Of a DNA stretch of 64,000 nucleotides, positions 36,707 through 49,897 are shown piece by piece. The stretch's first letter is position 1. Each line of letters opens with the position of its first letter. Source of the DNA: Octopus sinensis (Eukaryota); contig NC_043016.1 in assembly GCF_006345805.1 (NCBI RefSeq), positions 28,520,001 to 28,584,000 on the forward strand. The letters run 5' to 3'. The position numbers were made by a program, and so were the translations under genes. The notes below the pieces were generated by a model, which did not search any database, was not told where the DNA came from, and was given only the letters and a program-made list of their open reading frames with translations.

Positions 36707-37869
36707 ACATACACATAATTACTTATATCCATACATTTTTCTTTATCTGTTTCAGTCAACCACTTTATAGAGTGTACTTGGTGCATTTAATTCATGGCAC
36801 TAACATTATTAGTGAATTCACTGTGCATCATGCTAGAATAAAGAGACCCCCTTGATTGAGTGGAAGTTGAGGAGAAGATGGGTTTTGCATGAGGTATTGA
36901 GTGGTGAAATTATGATTGAACAGGCAGAAACATAAATTGTTGTATGGGAGATACACTGCTCACCTGCCCCATATTATATTTGTGTGGGTGGAAGTAAATG
37001 AAGTGGAACTGTAGATAATGTGAGGTGATGACAAAGTTTCAGAACATATCCTCAAAGTCCATAAAGGTAATTGGATGAGAGCATAAGGTGAGAAGATCAG
37101 TGTGGGTGGGAGGATATGTAAAGGTTGCAAGAGTGTGAGAGATGATTAGAAATAGGGGTAGGGATGAATGTAGTAAGTGGTTAATAGGAGAGGTGGGTGC
37201 CTGTTGATAAATATGAGTGTGCTGTTGTGATGAAAATGAAGGTTGATTGTATAATGGTTCAGGGTACAGGAGATTATGAGCAGCAGAATAATAGTAGTAG
37301 AGAGGAGAGTGATGAAGGGATGGGAGTAGGAATGGATAAGCAAATGCTGCAAGATTATGGGGGAGAATGAGAGACATATAGAGATAGGGATGGGATGGGG
37401 TTGTTTAAGGTATATAAGAATGTAGTGACTGGCAAACAGAGGTGTGAGAAGTTGGGAGTAGTGTTAAAGAATATAAGGTGATTGTCATTTAGATGTATAT
37501 ATGTGTGTGTTTGTGTAAATATGTATGTGTGTATATGTATATATATATATTTATAGGTTTATGCATGTACATATATATCTTGTTTCATTCATTTGATTGA
37601 AGCCAGGGCACTGCATTGAAGGGTTTTAGTCAAATAAATTGATTCCCCCATTCATATTTTCCTTTTTATTTTTGGTATTAACCCTATCAAGGTCTTTAGA
37701 TGAATCTCTAAGTTACAGGGACATACATGATCCAACACCAGTTGTCATATGGTGTGGAGGACAAATACACACACATGCATGCGATACTAGCATCTACATT
37801 TGCTTCAGAATCACAGGTAAGGTCTTTGACATAACCCACTTCAACACAAAATCGAAGACTTTCAAGGCC

Positions 37870-38580
37870 TTTCTTTGTGAGTTTCTTTATGCTGACAGGG
37901 TACAGTTCATGTTGCACACACCAAAAAAGACATGCAGGCTATAAAGGGCCTCTTCTCTTCAGCATGAATTTGGGTTTACCATCAGCCCTATGTCAAACAA
38001 AACATTTTCAACCTGGGTACAAGGTTGGATGTGGTCGACTCCTTTGTTTACATCAGCAGCAGTCTCTCTCTAGAGATGAAGCTCTTGATTCTGAAATAAA
38101 TCTGAGGATCAAAAACGTCAGCAAAGCATTTAGAAGGTTCAAAAACCATGCGTAGTCTGATAGCAGTATCATCATCAAAACCAAGTTCAGAGTTTATGAA
38201 TTGTGTGTCTTAACTGCTCTTTTATACTGTTCTGATACTTGGACTACATATTATCATTGCATCAAGGTTTTGGAAAAATTCCATCAAACTTGCCTTAAGA
38301 AGATCTTAAACATCAAATGACAGTGTCTAACATCAGACACTGTTCTTCATCAGCAAGCCAACATATCCATTATTGAAATGCTTCTCATACACAATCAGTT
38401 GCACTGAGCTGAGTACCTTACTAGGATGTAGGATGACAAGTTACCTAAGCTGTTGTTTTATAGGGTGTTGCAAGGTGATAAATGTCTGAGACATAAGCCT
38501 GAGAAATGTTTTAGGGATGCCATCAAAAACAACCTTAAGGCTCTTAGCGTGGATGTTGAAGGTGGAGATGACATGTGGTT
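37870..38580 (+). mobile_element. RTE/BovB-like LINE remnant
   Basis: LLYCSDTWTTY...LEKFHQTCLKKILNIK, RIKNVSKAFRR. Confidence 0.75.
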
Positions 38581-38919
38581 GGGCAGGTTGTAAGAGTTTG
38601 AGGCAGACGCAGTGAATAGAGAAGTGGGTAGACATAATGATGGAAGAGAGATAATTTGATGGCTCAGGAGGGTGATTAATGTACAATATAGGTGGAGGGG
38701 ACAGTATTAAGAATGAAAGATGGTTAACAGGGAAATGGTTTCATGTAGTGAGAAGTGGCATCAGGGAAAAACTGAAGTATTCGGTTCTGCTTACATTTAA
38801 TTGCAGTAGCAGAATAACGCACTTAGAGGGATATGACAAATGCTGGGAATGTCTTAAGGAGGAAATTGGGCAGGGAACCCAGTTGTGCATTTATATGTAT
38901 ATATACACATTATGCTCCT

Positions 38920-40335
38920 AAAACCTCAGTTTCACCAAGATGGGCAGGTTTTCTTGAATATTGCATATTGCCAGTCATATTGGTTATTTATCTCCTCCAT
39001 AAAGTTTAAGATCCTGAGACCAGCCTTCATCACTTTGTGCCATGTCCTTCTGGATCTTCCTCTTCCAGAAGTTCTATTTTCATTAAGTCATTGGCACTTC
39101 TTCATACAACTGTCCTCATTTGTGTTCATGACATGTCAGTACCAGCACAGTCTTTTTTCTCGCATGCTACATTTAATTCCTCTTATTCCCAGTTTTTCTC
39201 ACTGCACATTTGCACACTTACATTTCACAACAAAACATCCTTGTTTTATTTCTTTCCCTTCCTTTTAAGGCCTATGTCTCACTACCCTGCAGTATTGCAA
39301 TTCTAACACAGGCATCAATCATTCTGTCTACTTTTCACACTGTGGGAAAAGACCTTTGTTACCAGTAGTGGAAGCGGTTTCTTCTGGCTACTACTATAGT
39401 TTTGAAGCCACCACCTCTCCTGCTTATTACATTTCTTGGGTATCACACTTTTAGTAAGTCATCCAGGCATCTAAGGGAGTCTACTTCTGGTGGGCTCATT
39501 GTGTATATTGTTCCAGTGCATCTGTCATATATGAAGTTCCCTGACATTCCATTATATTTCCTCTGTGTCCATAGTTTACATTGGGTAGAACATATAGAGT
39601 TTATACATAGTGCTTTTCTACATATTGAGCAAGGACATTTCCTTGAAGATATCAGGGTTGTGTCTTTCCTACTTACTAAAAACTTAGTCTTTGTTAAGTT
39701 TACTTTACAACCTGTTGACTCAAGGGTTAGTTTCCATGCTTAGAATTTCCTCTCTAATTTTCCTGCAGATCCAACTTTGTGAACCAGATCATCATCATTA
39801 TCATTTAACGTCCGCTTTCCATGCTAGCATGGGTTGGACGGTTCAACTGGGGTCTGGGGAGCCCGAAGGCTGCACCAGGCCAGTCAGATCTGGCAGTGTT
39901 TCTACAGCTGGATGCCCTTCCTAACGCCAACCACTCCGAGAGTGTAGTGGGTGATTTTATGTGTCACCGACACAGGTGCCAGACGAGGCTGGCGAACGGC
40001 CACGCTCGGATGGTGTTTTTTATGTGCCACCGACACAGGTGCCAGACGAGGCTGGCAGACGGCCACGCTCGGATGGTGTTTTTTATGTGCCACCGACACA
40101 GGTGCCAGACGAGGCTGGCAGACGGCCACGCTCGGATGGTGTTTTTTATGTGCCACCGACACAGGTGCCAGACGAGGCTGGCAAACGGCCACGATCGGAT
40201 GGTGTTTGTTACGTGCCCACAGCACGGAGGCCAGTCGATGCGGTACTGGCTACGGCCACGTTCGGATGGTTTTCTTGTGTGCCACCGGCACTGGTACCAC
40301 AAAGATACAAATTCCATTGATGTTCATCTATTTTG
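38920..40335 (-). mobile_element. RTE LINE remnants (RT piece and a separate 3' UTR)
   Basis: 38920-39770 is homologous to 27930-28790; 39790-40335 is a (GAT)n-tailed 3' UTR. Confidence 0.85.
39958..40290. repeat. 60-bp tandem repeat inside the RTE 3' UTR (4 near-identical units plus diverged ones)
   Basis: Unit tgtgccaccgacacaggtgccagacgaggctggcagacggccacgctcggatggtgtttttta. Confidence 0.95.
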
Positions 40336-41169
40336 ATATCATCAACATATAAGGGTTATCAAATATAATCAGTTATAAATTCCACTGACATGGTCTGCAG
40401 GACAATAATGAATAGAAGAGGATTGAGGATTATGCTTTAATGGACTAATTTCATGCTAAATTAATCACTGAAATTGCTAGTGATTCTTACTTTACTGTGT
40501 CTTCATATATGGCTTGTACAGCTTTCACAAGCTATTTGTCTACATCCAGTTTCTTTAGTGACTGTTTGTATGTGTGTGTGTGTGAGTGTATATGCTCTGT
40601 AAAGTGCAACATGTAAACAAAGTTGAGGTTCATTAGTTGTCTGTTCCACTCTCCAATCCTACATCCTGTGGAGTTAGATGATAGGCTGGTGTATGGTATA
40701 CAAACCACCTAATAGTACTAATAAAAGTACAGAAAACAGATTTGAATAACCTGCCATAGTTTAGTGAATACCTATGAAATTATATGCTAGTGTGCAACAA
40801 CTGGTATGCATACAGTATATGTGTGGTGGGAGGAGTAACTAAAGAAAGTGGTTGCAGTTTGCTCTAAGCTGGCAGTGTTTGTTCATGTGTGTGTGTGTAT
40901 ATATATAAATAAGCATGCCTTGATGCTTCAGTGAACCTATATGCATGTGTGTATGAATACTTAGTTTTGGCATAGTGTGTGTGTGTATGTATGTAAGTGG
41001 TGTATGAGATATTAATATGTGCATGTGATAGGGTGAAGGGTAGCTGGTGTACTGTCTATCAGTACCCCCCTTGTTTGTCTGCCAGGAGAGCAGATTGTTT
41101 GAAGCCAACTCCAAATACTTGACAATAAGCTGACCACCAGATTCCTTGACCTTAAATTTATGAGAATTT

Positions 41170-41365
41170 ATGAATTTATGAGCTGTTATTCTTGCTATTG
41201 ATGGTATTTCGTCTGAGTTCAAATTCTGCCGAGGTCAGCTTTGCCTTTCATCCTTTCGGGGTTGATAAATTAAGTGCCAGTGAAACACCGGGGTTGATGT
41301 AATCAACTAGTCCCCCTCCCCTCAAATCTTGGGACTTGTGCCTTAGTAGAAAGAATTATTATTAT
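41170..41365 (+). mobile_element. SINE family C
   Basis: gagttcaaattctgccgagg B box, gcctttcatcctttcggggttgataaattaagt central block, (ATT)n tail. Confidence 0.85.
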
Positions 41366-41685
41366 TATATTGTTGTTGTTGTTGTTATTGTTATGTTGTT
41401 GTGACTGGGGCTGGCATTGTTGGGAAGGTTGTTGATATTGTTACTATGTCTACATAATTCTGTAATTGTTTCTTTCCCTCTTCTCTATTATATTTGAATG
41501 GGATTGATTGTGAGTGTGCAAATTATGTCTGTGTGTGTGTGTGTGTATGTATGTATATATAAATCAAAATAAGCAACAAGGATATCCTTGTTACTCTTTT
41601 TGATTTTAATCACCTTATTTTAAATTGTATGGATAATACCATACTAAATTCTGGTACCCCAACTTAAGTACCATATTCATCTGAA

Positions 41686-41742
<57 letters not shown>

Positions 41743-41771
41743 TTGTGTATGTATATATTTATATATATATA

Positions 41772-41920
41772 GGTATGGCTGTGTGGTAAGAAGCTTGCTT
41801 TCCAATCACATGGTTTGGGGTTCAGTCCCATTGCATAGTACCTTGAACAAGTATTTTCTACTATAGCCTGAGGCCAACCAAAATCCTTGTGAGTGGATTT
41901 GATAGGCGAAAACTGAAGAA
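41772..41920 (+). mobile_element. SINE family A, 5' part
   Basis: ggtatggctgtgtggtaagaagcttgc...ggttcagtcccattg. Confidence 0.8.
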
Positions 41921-43626
41921 AATGACACACCAATTCCGGAGACAATAAATATAGTTTTAGTGAAACAGAAACTCTTCAAAAACCATTACTCCAAGTTTCA
42001 TCAAACAAAAATTGAGCTTTTGGAACAATATGTTGGTATTAAATATTGCATTAAATATCTGTTGGAAGATACTCAAATAAATACTTACAGTTGATTGGGT
42101 AGAGGGTTGTCGCATGTCAAAAATCAATAGCATTTGTTAGAAAATGAAAATTTGAAATTAATATGAATGTTAATCCCTTTGTTACCATATTTCTGTTGAA
42201 ATACAATGCCTTTGTTTCAATTATTTCTGAAAATAATGAAAGATTTAGTAAAATATCTTCATAATTATTAAGCTGGTGTTTGGAATATAAATTAACATGG
42301 AATTTTGGTGGAAGGATTTAATTTAGGATCACTTTAAAACAGGATGTTTGAATCACTGAGTGGTCTTAGGTGGGGTTGGTATCAGAAGGGCTTCTCATAG
42401 ACTTGATGGAAAGATCTGGCGGCTAAATCATATGACTAGGATATTTCTGTTTAAATAAACTGCCTTTATTTTAAGAAATTTTGAAAATGAAGAATTTAGT
42501 AAAATATCTTTGTCTTTATTTAGTTGCTGTTTGGAACATAAACTGACATGGAATGTTGGTGGAAGGCTTTAATTTAGATTGCTTTGCAACTGGAAGTTTG
42601 TATCATAAAATCAAGGCTGTTCTGTCTTGATGAGGGGAAATAGTTACAATTTTTGTTGCTAAACCTAGGCAAATCTATTTTAGAGTTTAAGAAACTGTGA
42701 CTGTGTCAACAATAAAATTAAAGATAAAATATGCAAATAAATATATCATCTTCATCATTTAATGTCCTTATTTCATGTTCGCATGGGTTAGACGGTTTGA
42801 CAGTATCCATTGAATATTGTCCAAGAACTGCATTGTGCTCTGTTGTCTATTTAGGCATGATTTCTATGACTGGATGTCCTGTTTATCACCAACCACTTAG
42901 TAGCATGTAGTGAATGTTTTTTTTTTTTTTTGAACCCTCTGCTTTAGTGAAGTTGCCATGCAGCTCACAAGACAACAAAACATAGATTGGCTTTATGGAA
43001 GAAGGATGGATAAGCAGGTTCTTGTTGTAGAGGAGCTATATAGTTATATTTAGGAGAAGTAAATTTGTTATAGAGCAAGTGCGATGAGACAGGAAAAGGA
43101 ATGAAAGAGATCGTTTGTAAGAAAAGGAAAGGATGAAAAAATTGAAAGAGTAGTTAGAGAAGGTATGAAAGTTATAAAACTTTCATTGTACATGCAATGG
43201 TAATATCAGTACATTACTTACTTTTAGAAAAATATAGATAGATAGAGACACACGCACACACACACACACATATAGGTGGAAGAGATATGTAATGTATGCC
43301 AGATAGGAAGAGTGGTTCAAGACGTGGAGGAAGGAAATAAGACAGAGGGAGGTCAAGTGTGGTGGAGGAAGGTTAATATGATTGTTTTGTATTTTTGTAA
43401 ACAAAATGGCAACATAGGTGCAAAAGACTGGTCAAAATTAACAGGCAACACATGGTTTGAAATGGTGTAAAAACACATGAAAAAAGTGCATAGAAATGAA
43501 GAATTCAAAAAATTCAAGATATTAAAACACTTGAGCAAGAATAAAAAGAATTTTTATATTTCATTCTTTTGGCCTAATAATTGCCATTAAATGGGTAGCT
43601 GCTGTGGTCAACACAATTACGTTTAG

Positions 43627-43685
43627 GATCTCGTTCATTTTCATTAGCTTTGATGAGACTTTTCACATTGTGTTGGTTTACCAAG
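43627..43685 (+). other. Candidate short exon
   Basis: gtttag acceptor and AAG|gtaaag donor; two open frames. Confidence 0.2.
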
Positions 43686-44233
43686 GTAAAGTTCTTACAA
43701 CAAAAGTACCTAACCTTCAAGGTGCTTCTGTAGAATGTGCTATCCATTAGTCTTTACCTAACAGATTTATTGATTGTGGATTGTGACAACCCTTGTCCAA
43801 ACAATTTTAAATGTTTATTTGATTATTTACCATCTAATTCTTATGGTACCATTTAAAACCATTGTATTGTTTTAAAAGTTCACTTCAGTATGATGATTGG
43901 TTATGTGAAACACAGGGTAACAGTTTGTGATATTTTCAGCTTCAATAAAACTTTGTGTATGGAGGATGTGTGTGTGTGTGTCTACATTTTATATATGTAT
44001 ATATACAATATTGACCATAATATAAGGGTCAGTAAGAACAAGTGTATTGAAATAATTATTATAGAAGATTAACAACATATTGAAATATATCTAATATCTA
44101 TCTTTCGTGAAAATTTCAAGTGAATAGAATAAATATTTCTTAAGTTATAAGGAAATAAACAATCTTCCAAATTGCAGAAGCCAAAAGTTAAAGGTCAGAA
44201 AAAATGAACTATTAACCAAGGAATTTGTTGTTT

Positions 44234-44355
44234 ATGCAAATATATATGCGTGTAGTGTGTATGCAAATATATATGTGTATAGTGTGTATGCAAATATATA
44301 TGTGTGTAGTGTGTATGCAAATATATATGTGTGTAGTGTGTATGCAAATATATAT
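44234..44355. repeat. 27-bp minisatellite, about 4.5 units
   Basis: Unit atgcaaatatatatgtgtgtagtgtgt. Confidence 0.95.
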
Positions 44356-44499
44356 CTCTACATGTGGTGGTATCATACTTTTGGTATGATACCACTAAAA
44401 AGTTTCTGGACTAGTTATGATTAGTAAAAAATAGCAAATTTACCGAAGTTCTAACATCATCTTCGAAATAGTCCTCCTATACAGCAATTCATTGGCTTG

Positions 44500-45015
44500 A
44501 AAGAAATGAAGCTAGTATGCTTCGCTGGATGTGTAATGTCAGTGTGCATACACAACAGAGTGTAAGCACCCTGAGAGAAAAGTTGGACATAAGAAGTACC
44601 AGATGTGATGTGCAAGAGAAACGATTGCGTTGGTATGGTCATGTGATGTGTATGAATGAAGACAGCTGTGTGAAGAATTGTCACCCTAACAGTGGAGGGA
44701 ACATGTGGAAGACATGGGACAAGGTGGTGAAGCATGACCTTTGAATGTTAGGCCTCACCAAGACCTTTGGAGATATGCCGTGCTTGAGAATATCTGGCAA
44801 GCCAAGTGAGATCATAGCAGTGTCTCATAACTGGCCCGTTTAAAAGCACCCACTATACTCTCGGAGTGGTTGGCATTAGAAATGGCATCCAGCTGTAGAA
44901 ACTTTGCCAAATCAGATTGGAGCCTGGTGCAGCCTCTCTGCTTGCCAGTTCTCAGTCATACTAGCCAACCCATGTCAGCATGGAAAGTGGACATTAAATG
45001 ACAGTGATGACGATG
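44500..45015 (+). mobile_element. RTE LINE 3' end
   Basis: MLRWMCNVSV...RLRWYGHVM; tail gcatggaaagtggacattaaatgacagtgatgacgatgat. Confidence 0.9.
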
Positions 45016-45133
45016 ATATCTGTCTATATATATATATATATATATATATAATTGTTAAAGAGGAAAGCAAACATTAAGGCAAGGCAAACATCTCAAGTCA
45101 TATACATGATTATTATAATTAGAAAAAATTCAA

Positions 45134-45191
45134 TGTCTTACAGCTGTTTCTGGGATATCCCAGAGTAAGGGATATTCCATCATCAGAGACA
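45134..45191 (-). ncRNA. Canonical type I hammerhead ribozyme motif with palindromic stem III
   Basis: TGTCT-CTGATGA-TGGAATATCCC-TTACTCT-GGGATATCCCA-GAAAC-AGCT-GTA-AGACA: intact core, 5-bp stem I, 10 of 11 bp stem II, ACAGCTGT palindrome, GUA site. Confidence 0.85.
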
Positions 45192-45641
45192 GATAGGGAA
45201 AATGAGAAGGATATATATTAATGAAATGACAACATAGAGGAAGGGAGTAAAGGAATAAGAAGTTGAAGTGAGAGAAGACAAAAGAAGCATAAAAGTTCAT
45301 AGTTCAACTTTCCGATGTTGTAGAAACAAGTGCATAAGTCCTCAGGTGCAATCCTGCATAGATCCATGTGGATTAATATCTTGATATTGTAAACATCCAG
45401 AGAAAAAGGATGCAAACATATCAACGTTCACTGAATTTTTCCTAATAATTATGTATTGAGATGTTTGTTGTTCTCTTTAACAATTATATATCTGCTGCAT
45501 CGGAAGTCTACAATGGCTCCATAACTACCATCTCAGCTATAACCTTGGAGCCCTGGTAATCTGTTCCAGCACTTACCTAGCATACCTAATCATTTAGATC
45601 ACCTGTGAACTAAGCCCCCATACTTTCTGTATGTATGTATA

Positions 45642-45686
<45 letters not shown>

Positions 45687-45829
45687 CATTAAAAGTCAGT
45701 TTGAATCTTGTTTGCTTGTAATGTTACCCAGCCAAACTGGTGCATAATGGGAAAATACTATGAATTAAGTTGACCCTAAAATGTTAATATGAACGGAATA
45801 AAGCAAGTTTTGATGCTAGTGTTGCATAA

Positions 45830-46255
45830 TTGGCCTGTTTAAAAGAACCCTTCAATCATTGAGCAATATGCTGAACTTGAAAAGACCTGTTGAGTCAAGT
45901 GAAATCATAGTTGGAGCCAGTGCCACCTGACTGGCACCTGTGCTGGTGGCACATAAAAAGCACCATTTTAGTGTTGTCAGTGCCAGTGCCAGCTGTCTAG
46001 CTCTTGTGCCGGTGGCACATAAAAAGCACCATTCGAATGTGGTTGATGCCAGTGCTGCTGACTGGCTCCCATGCCGATGGTATGTAAAAAGTGCCCACTA
46101 CACTCTCGGAATGGTTGGCGTTAGGAAGGGCATCCAGCTGTAGAAACCTTGGCAGTTCAGACTGGAGCCTGGCGCTACCTCCTGACTTGCCAGTCCTAGT
46201 CAAACCGTCCAACCCATGCCAACATGGAAAGGAGATGTTAATGATGATGATGATA
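45830..46255 (+). mobile_element. RTE LINE 3' UTR
   Basis: cccactacactctcggaatggttggcgttaggaagggcatccagc ... ccatgccaacatggaaa..(GAT)n. Confidence 0.88.
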
Positions 46256-46519
46256 TATATTTATATATGCCCATAAATGTGTGTATGTATTCTGTCAAGG
46301 TTACCAATTTAACATGCAGTAAAATGTTTTCCTCAAGAATACCATGTCCCCTCTGGTCCAGGAACTGAACCCACAATCTTGTGATCATGAGTGCAACATC
46401 CTAATCACTGGGGCATGTGCCTTCACACACACACACACACACACAGACAAATATATATATATGTACATACATATAGAAATCCGAAATGAGAAAGTATTTA
46501 AACTTAATGAGGACTTTTA

Positions 46520-47265
46520 TAATTTAGCATCAGAGAAGGTGGTGTATAGAGAAAAATAAAAATTCTTTAACATTAGTAATAATAGAAATAATATAAGTTG
46601 TGGGATGGACTATCCTGACAATAATCAAAATAGTATGCATAATATGAAGAACACCACTAACCAAAAAGCAATAATAATAAGCAAAATTATAATTAATGAT
46701 CAATAAATAGCAACAATGTCAACATGAGTGAACCAACCATAAGTAACACAACTAGGTATCAGGATAGGAACTATGGTTTGTTAACCAATAAAATAGAAGA
46801 TACCCGAGTGAATTCCCCCATTAGCCTAGAAGTAGATGCGCATCCTAAAAAGAACAGTACTCAGAATGTTGTCTATGTGCAAAAGACTAATAGCTTAGAA
46901 GATGGACAGGAGAATATAGAAACAACATCTAGAGAAGGTGAAGCAGATACTAGTAATAGAAATAGTAGAACTATTAAATACAGTTGTGCAAGGAACAGGG
47001 TCTATCCACTTAACTCTAATTGTAGGCATAAAAATATTGTATACAGATGTAAGATTACCTCAGAGAATAGAAAATATTTCTATATAAAGCTAGCTCATGT
47101 TATATTAAGCAGAGAATTATCAATCATTTAAGTTCATTTAGAAATAGGAACAAAATAAATACTACCAACTTTAGTAAGCAAATTTGGGCACTAAAAGATA
47201 GTAACAAAGTATTTTCCATTGCTTGGGAAATAATTAGTAAGGTAAACCCTTATAGAATAGGCAAT
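46520..47265 (+). mobile_element. Penelope-like element remnant with GIY-YIG endonuclease region
   Basis: PLNSNCRHKNIVYRCKITSENRKYFYI and WEIISKVNPY segments; truncated by the adjacent Tc1/mariner piece. Confidence 0.8.
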
Positions 47266-47269
47266 AATA

Positions 47270-47697
47270 GATGTGACTTGTGTGGAAGAAATATACCAAA
47301 TTTTCACAAGTCATAGCTGTCAGACAATCTCTGTCATCCCATCATCCTTAACATCTGGCTACCTAACTCCCCAGACTGCAATCCCCTTGATTATTATGTG
47401 TGGGGTGCAGTTGAGTGAGATACCAACAAAACTTGTAACACCAAAGATGAACTGAAGGCAAGGATTATGGCAGCATTCACCAACTTAAACAAGGAGACCA
47501 TCCAGAAGAATTGCAGGAGATTCTGAAGTCATCTGGAGGCCACGGTTGAAGCCAGTGGCGATTTTATTGAATAAATTTACTCTTTAGTATTTCAAGATAT
47601 TTTTATGTAATTTTTGTAAATATATCTGTTAAAATGAGATATCAGTGTTATTTTCAGTTTTGTGTAATTTAGACGACAGTTTATTCACTGCACCCTG
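47270..47697 (+). mobile_element. Tc1/mariner-superfamily transposase 3' remnant with right end
   Basis: WLPNSPDCNPLDYYVWGAVE...RF.SHLEATVEASGDFIE*; ends ...tcactgcaccctg. Confidence 0.85.
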
Positions 47698-47879
47698 TGT
47701 GTGTGTGTGTGTGTACACACACACACACAATGAGCACGAAAAGTGTGCAAACAATAGGTTCCCTCAAAAGCTAAGGGGGATCATTTGAAGAAGTAGATAG
47801 CTTCTGTACCTAGGAGACCAAGTGAGCAGTGGTGGAGGAAATCCTTAAAGTGTGGTTGTTAGAATAAGAATAGGCTGGG

Positions 47880-49165
47880 CAAAGTTCAGGAAGCTTCTAA
47901 CTTTGTTGGCAACTAAGGGCCTCTCCCTCAGAGTGAAAGGTAACTGTATGATGCCTGTATACATGCAGCTGTGTTACATGGCAAAGCACTGGGTAAGGAT
48001 GGTATAACATTTGAAATTCTGCAGATCGGTGGAAAGCATCTCTGGGAAATCCTTGCTCTATATTTAAACACCTACATAAGAGAAAGGCGCATACCACTCT
48101 CAATAGAAAGAGTAGGACACCGTCCTGTTGCACAAGAAGAGTGATTGAGAAAACCTCAAGAACTATCATTCAGTATGCCTCCTGTCTCACATATACATAC
48201 AAGCTGTCTACAAAGATAAAAAAAAATTGTATGATTATTGCAACAGTTTGAACAGCTGCCAAGAGAACATGCAGGCTTTAGAAAGAATTTCAGCATGATG
48301 GATCACATATTCACTTTGATGAAATTGTTCATGTAAGCATAAGAGTACCAGTTGCCTCTGTGCATGCATTTGTTGAATATGAAAGTACCTTTGACTGTGT
48401 TGAGATCAATGCGTGCTGCTGTCCCTCAAGAAGCAAGGACGTTGTGGTGCAGTACATGAACCTCCCCAACTTGTGGTTAGAGGCAATGAAATCGAGGAGG
48501 TAGAAATTTCTGTGTATCTTGACCAAGCTATAACCATCACACATGAAATGAATAATGAGATTTCGCAGAGAATAAGATCAAGCCTCAACAAAATCACTTG
48601 CACAAACCTTTTCAACGGTATAGTTCTACCTGCAATGCTCAATGCAAGTGAAACATGAGCGATAATGAAGAGGGAGGAACAGCAATTAGCAATGGTGCAA
48701 AGAGCCATGGAAAGGTTAATGCTGGGAATCTCCTTGAGAGATTAGGGAAAGAACCAGAGCGAAGGATGTTATCACTGAATACCATCTGGACAAACTCAGA
48801 TGGGCTGGACATGTTGCACGGTGCACCAATAATCAGTGGAGCCATGCAATTATCAAGTGGTACCTGTGTAAGTGAAAATGACAACTCGGAAGGTTCTCCA
48901 CTCACATGAATTGATGATATAAAGAGAATAATGGGGACCACATGTTTCTCCTTCAAGGAATTTGCGATTTGTCTGTTTGCCTACTTATTAGGACCTTGAT
49001 CTTTGCCAAATTGATTCTAAGGCCTTGGTTCCACACCTGAAATTTCTTCTCTAGTCCTTGTTGTGATTCAGTTATAAGAACAAGGTCATCAGCATGGAGA
49101 TGCTCCCAAGGGCAGCCAGTCTTAAATTCTTTTGTTATGGCCTGGAGGACTATGATGATTAATGG
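47880..49165. mobile_element. Cluster of decayed RTE-clade LINE fragments
   Basis: 47880-48170 (+) family RT end; 48300-48945 (+) LFNGIVLPAMLNASET; 48950-49165 (-) EHLHADDLVL. Confidence 0.75.
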
Positions 49166-49220
49166 AGTACTGAGAACCAATCTTTAGTGAACTCATGTGT
49201 GTATATGTGTATATATATGT

Positions 49221-49267
<47 letters not shown>

Positions 49268-49499
49268 CATATATACTTACATACACATATGCAGTGGGAT
49301 TGAACCTGAAAACATGTGCTTGAGAGGCAAAAAGAAAAACATTTGATTTGGTGAAACAAAATTATTAATGATATATTTTGATAGTAGTTACTTGAAAGTT
49401 ATTAATTGTAAACCCAACAACTGAGCATCCATCTAAGTGTTTGCAGAGACACTGTGTTGTGTTTGTGTACTTATGTAAATATGTGTGTGTGTGTGTGTG

Positions 49500-49660
49500 G
49501 CGGGTGAATTCACAAAAAAACAAAACAAAAGACGAAGACAGGTGGTGTAGAAAACAAACAGATGTATTAGTATAACGCTCGGGAATTGAAAAAGTCTTTT
49601 ACATTTCGAGCCTATGCTCTTCCACAGAAAGGAACATAGAAAAAAACAAGGAGAGAGAAA
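49500..49660 (-). mobile_element. Penelope-like terminal fragment with degenerate hammerhead motif (49596-49631)
   Basis: Minus strand CTTT-CTGTGGA-A-GAGC-ATAG-GCTC-GAAA-TG-TA-AAAG. Confidence 0.55.
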
Positions 49661-49781
49661 AAAATGTGTGTAGTGGCTAGTGCATGCATGCAATGTTCTT
49701 CTCTCTCATACACCTATACACTTATATGTACTTACATGAATGTATATTACGGCTATGATTTTTTAAAATTCTTCATTGTAG

Positions 49782-49897
49782 GATTATTGAAAAATTCCAA
49801 ATCAGATCCAGTCATCATAAAAATGAGTTGGGCATCGGAGATTTATCTACATGCCCAAGCTCGTTTGGATAATAGATGGCTTACTATTAACCTACAG
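49782..49897 (+). CDS. Candidate coding exon of an unidentified host gene
   Basis: ttttttaaaattcttcattgtag acceptor, CAG|gtatgt donor, single open frame xLLKNSKSDPVIIKMSWASEIYLHAQARLDNRWLTINLQ. Confidence 0.6.

Noticed and set aside
39958-40290. 60-bp repeats as a CRISPR array or repeat protein (ORFs 39821-40352)
   Set aside because: Units are contiguous without unique spacers and lie in an RTE 3' UTR; all six frames are open only because 60 is a multiple of 3.
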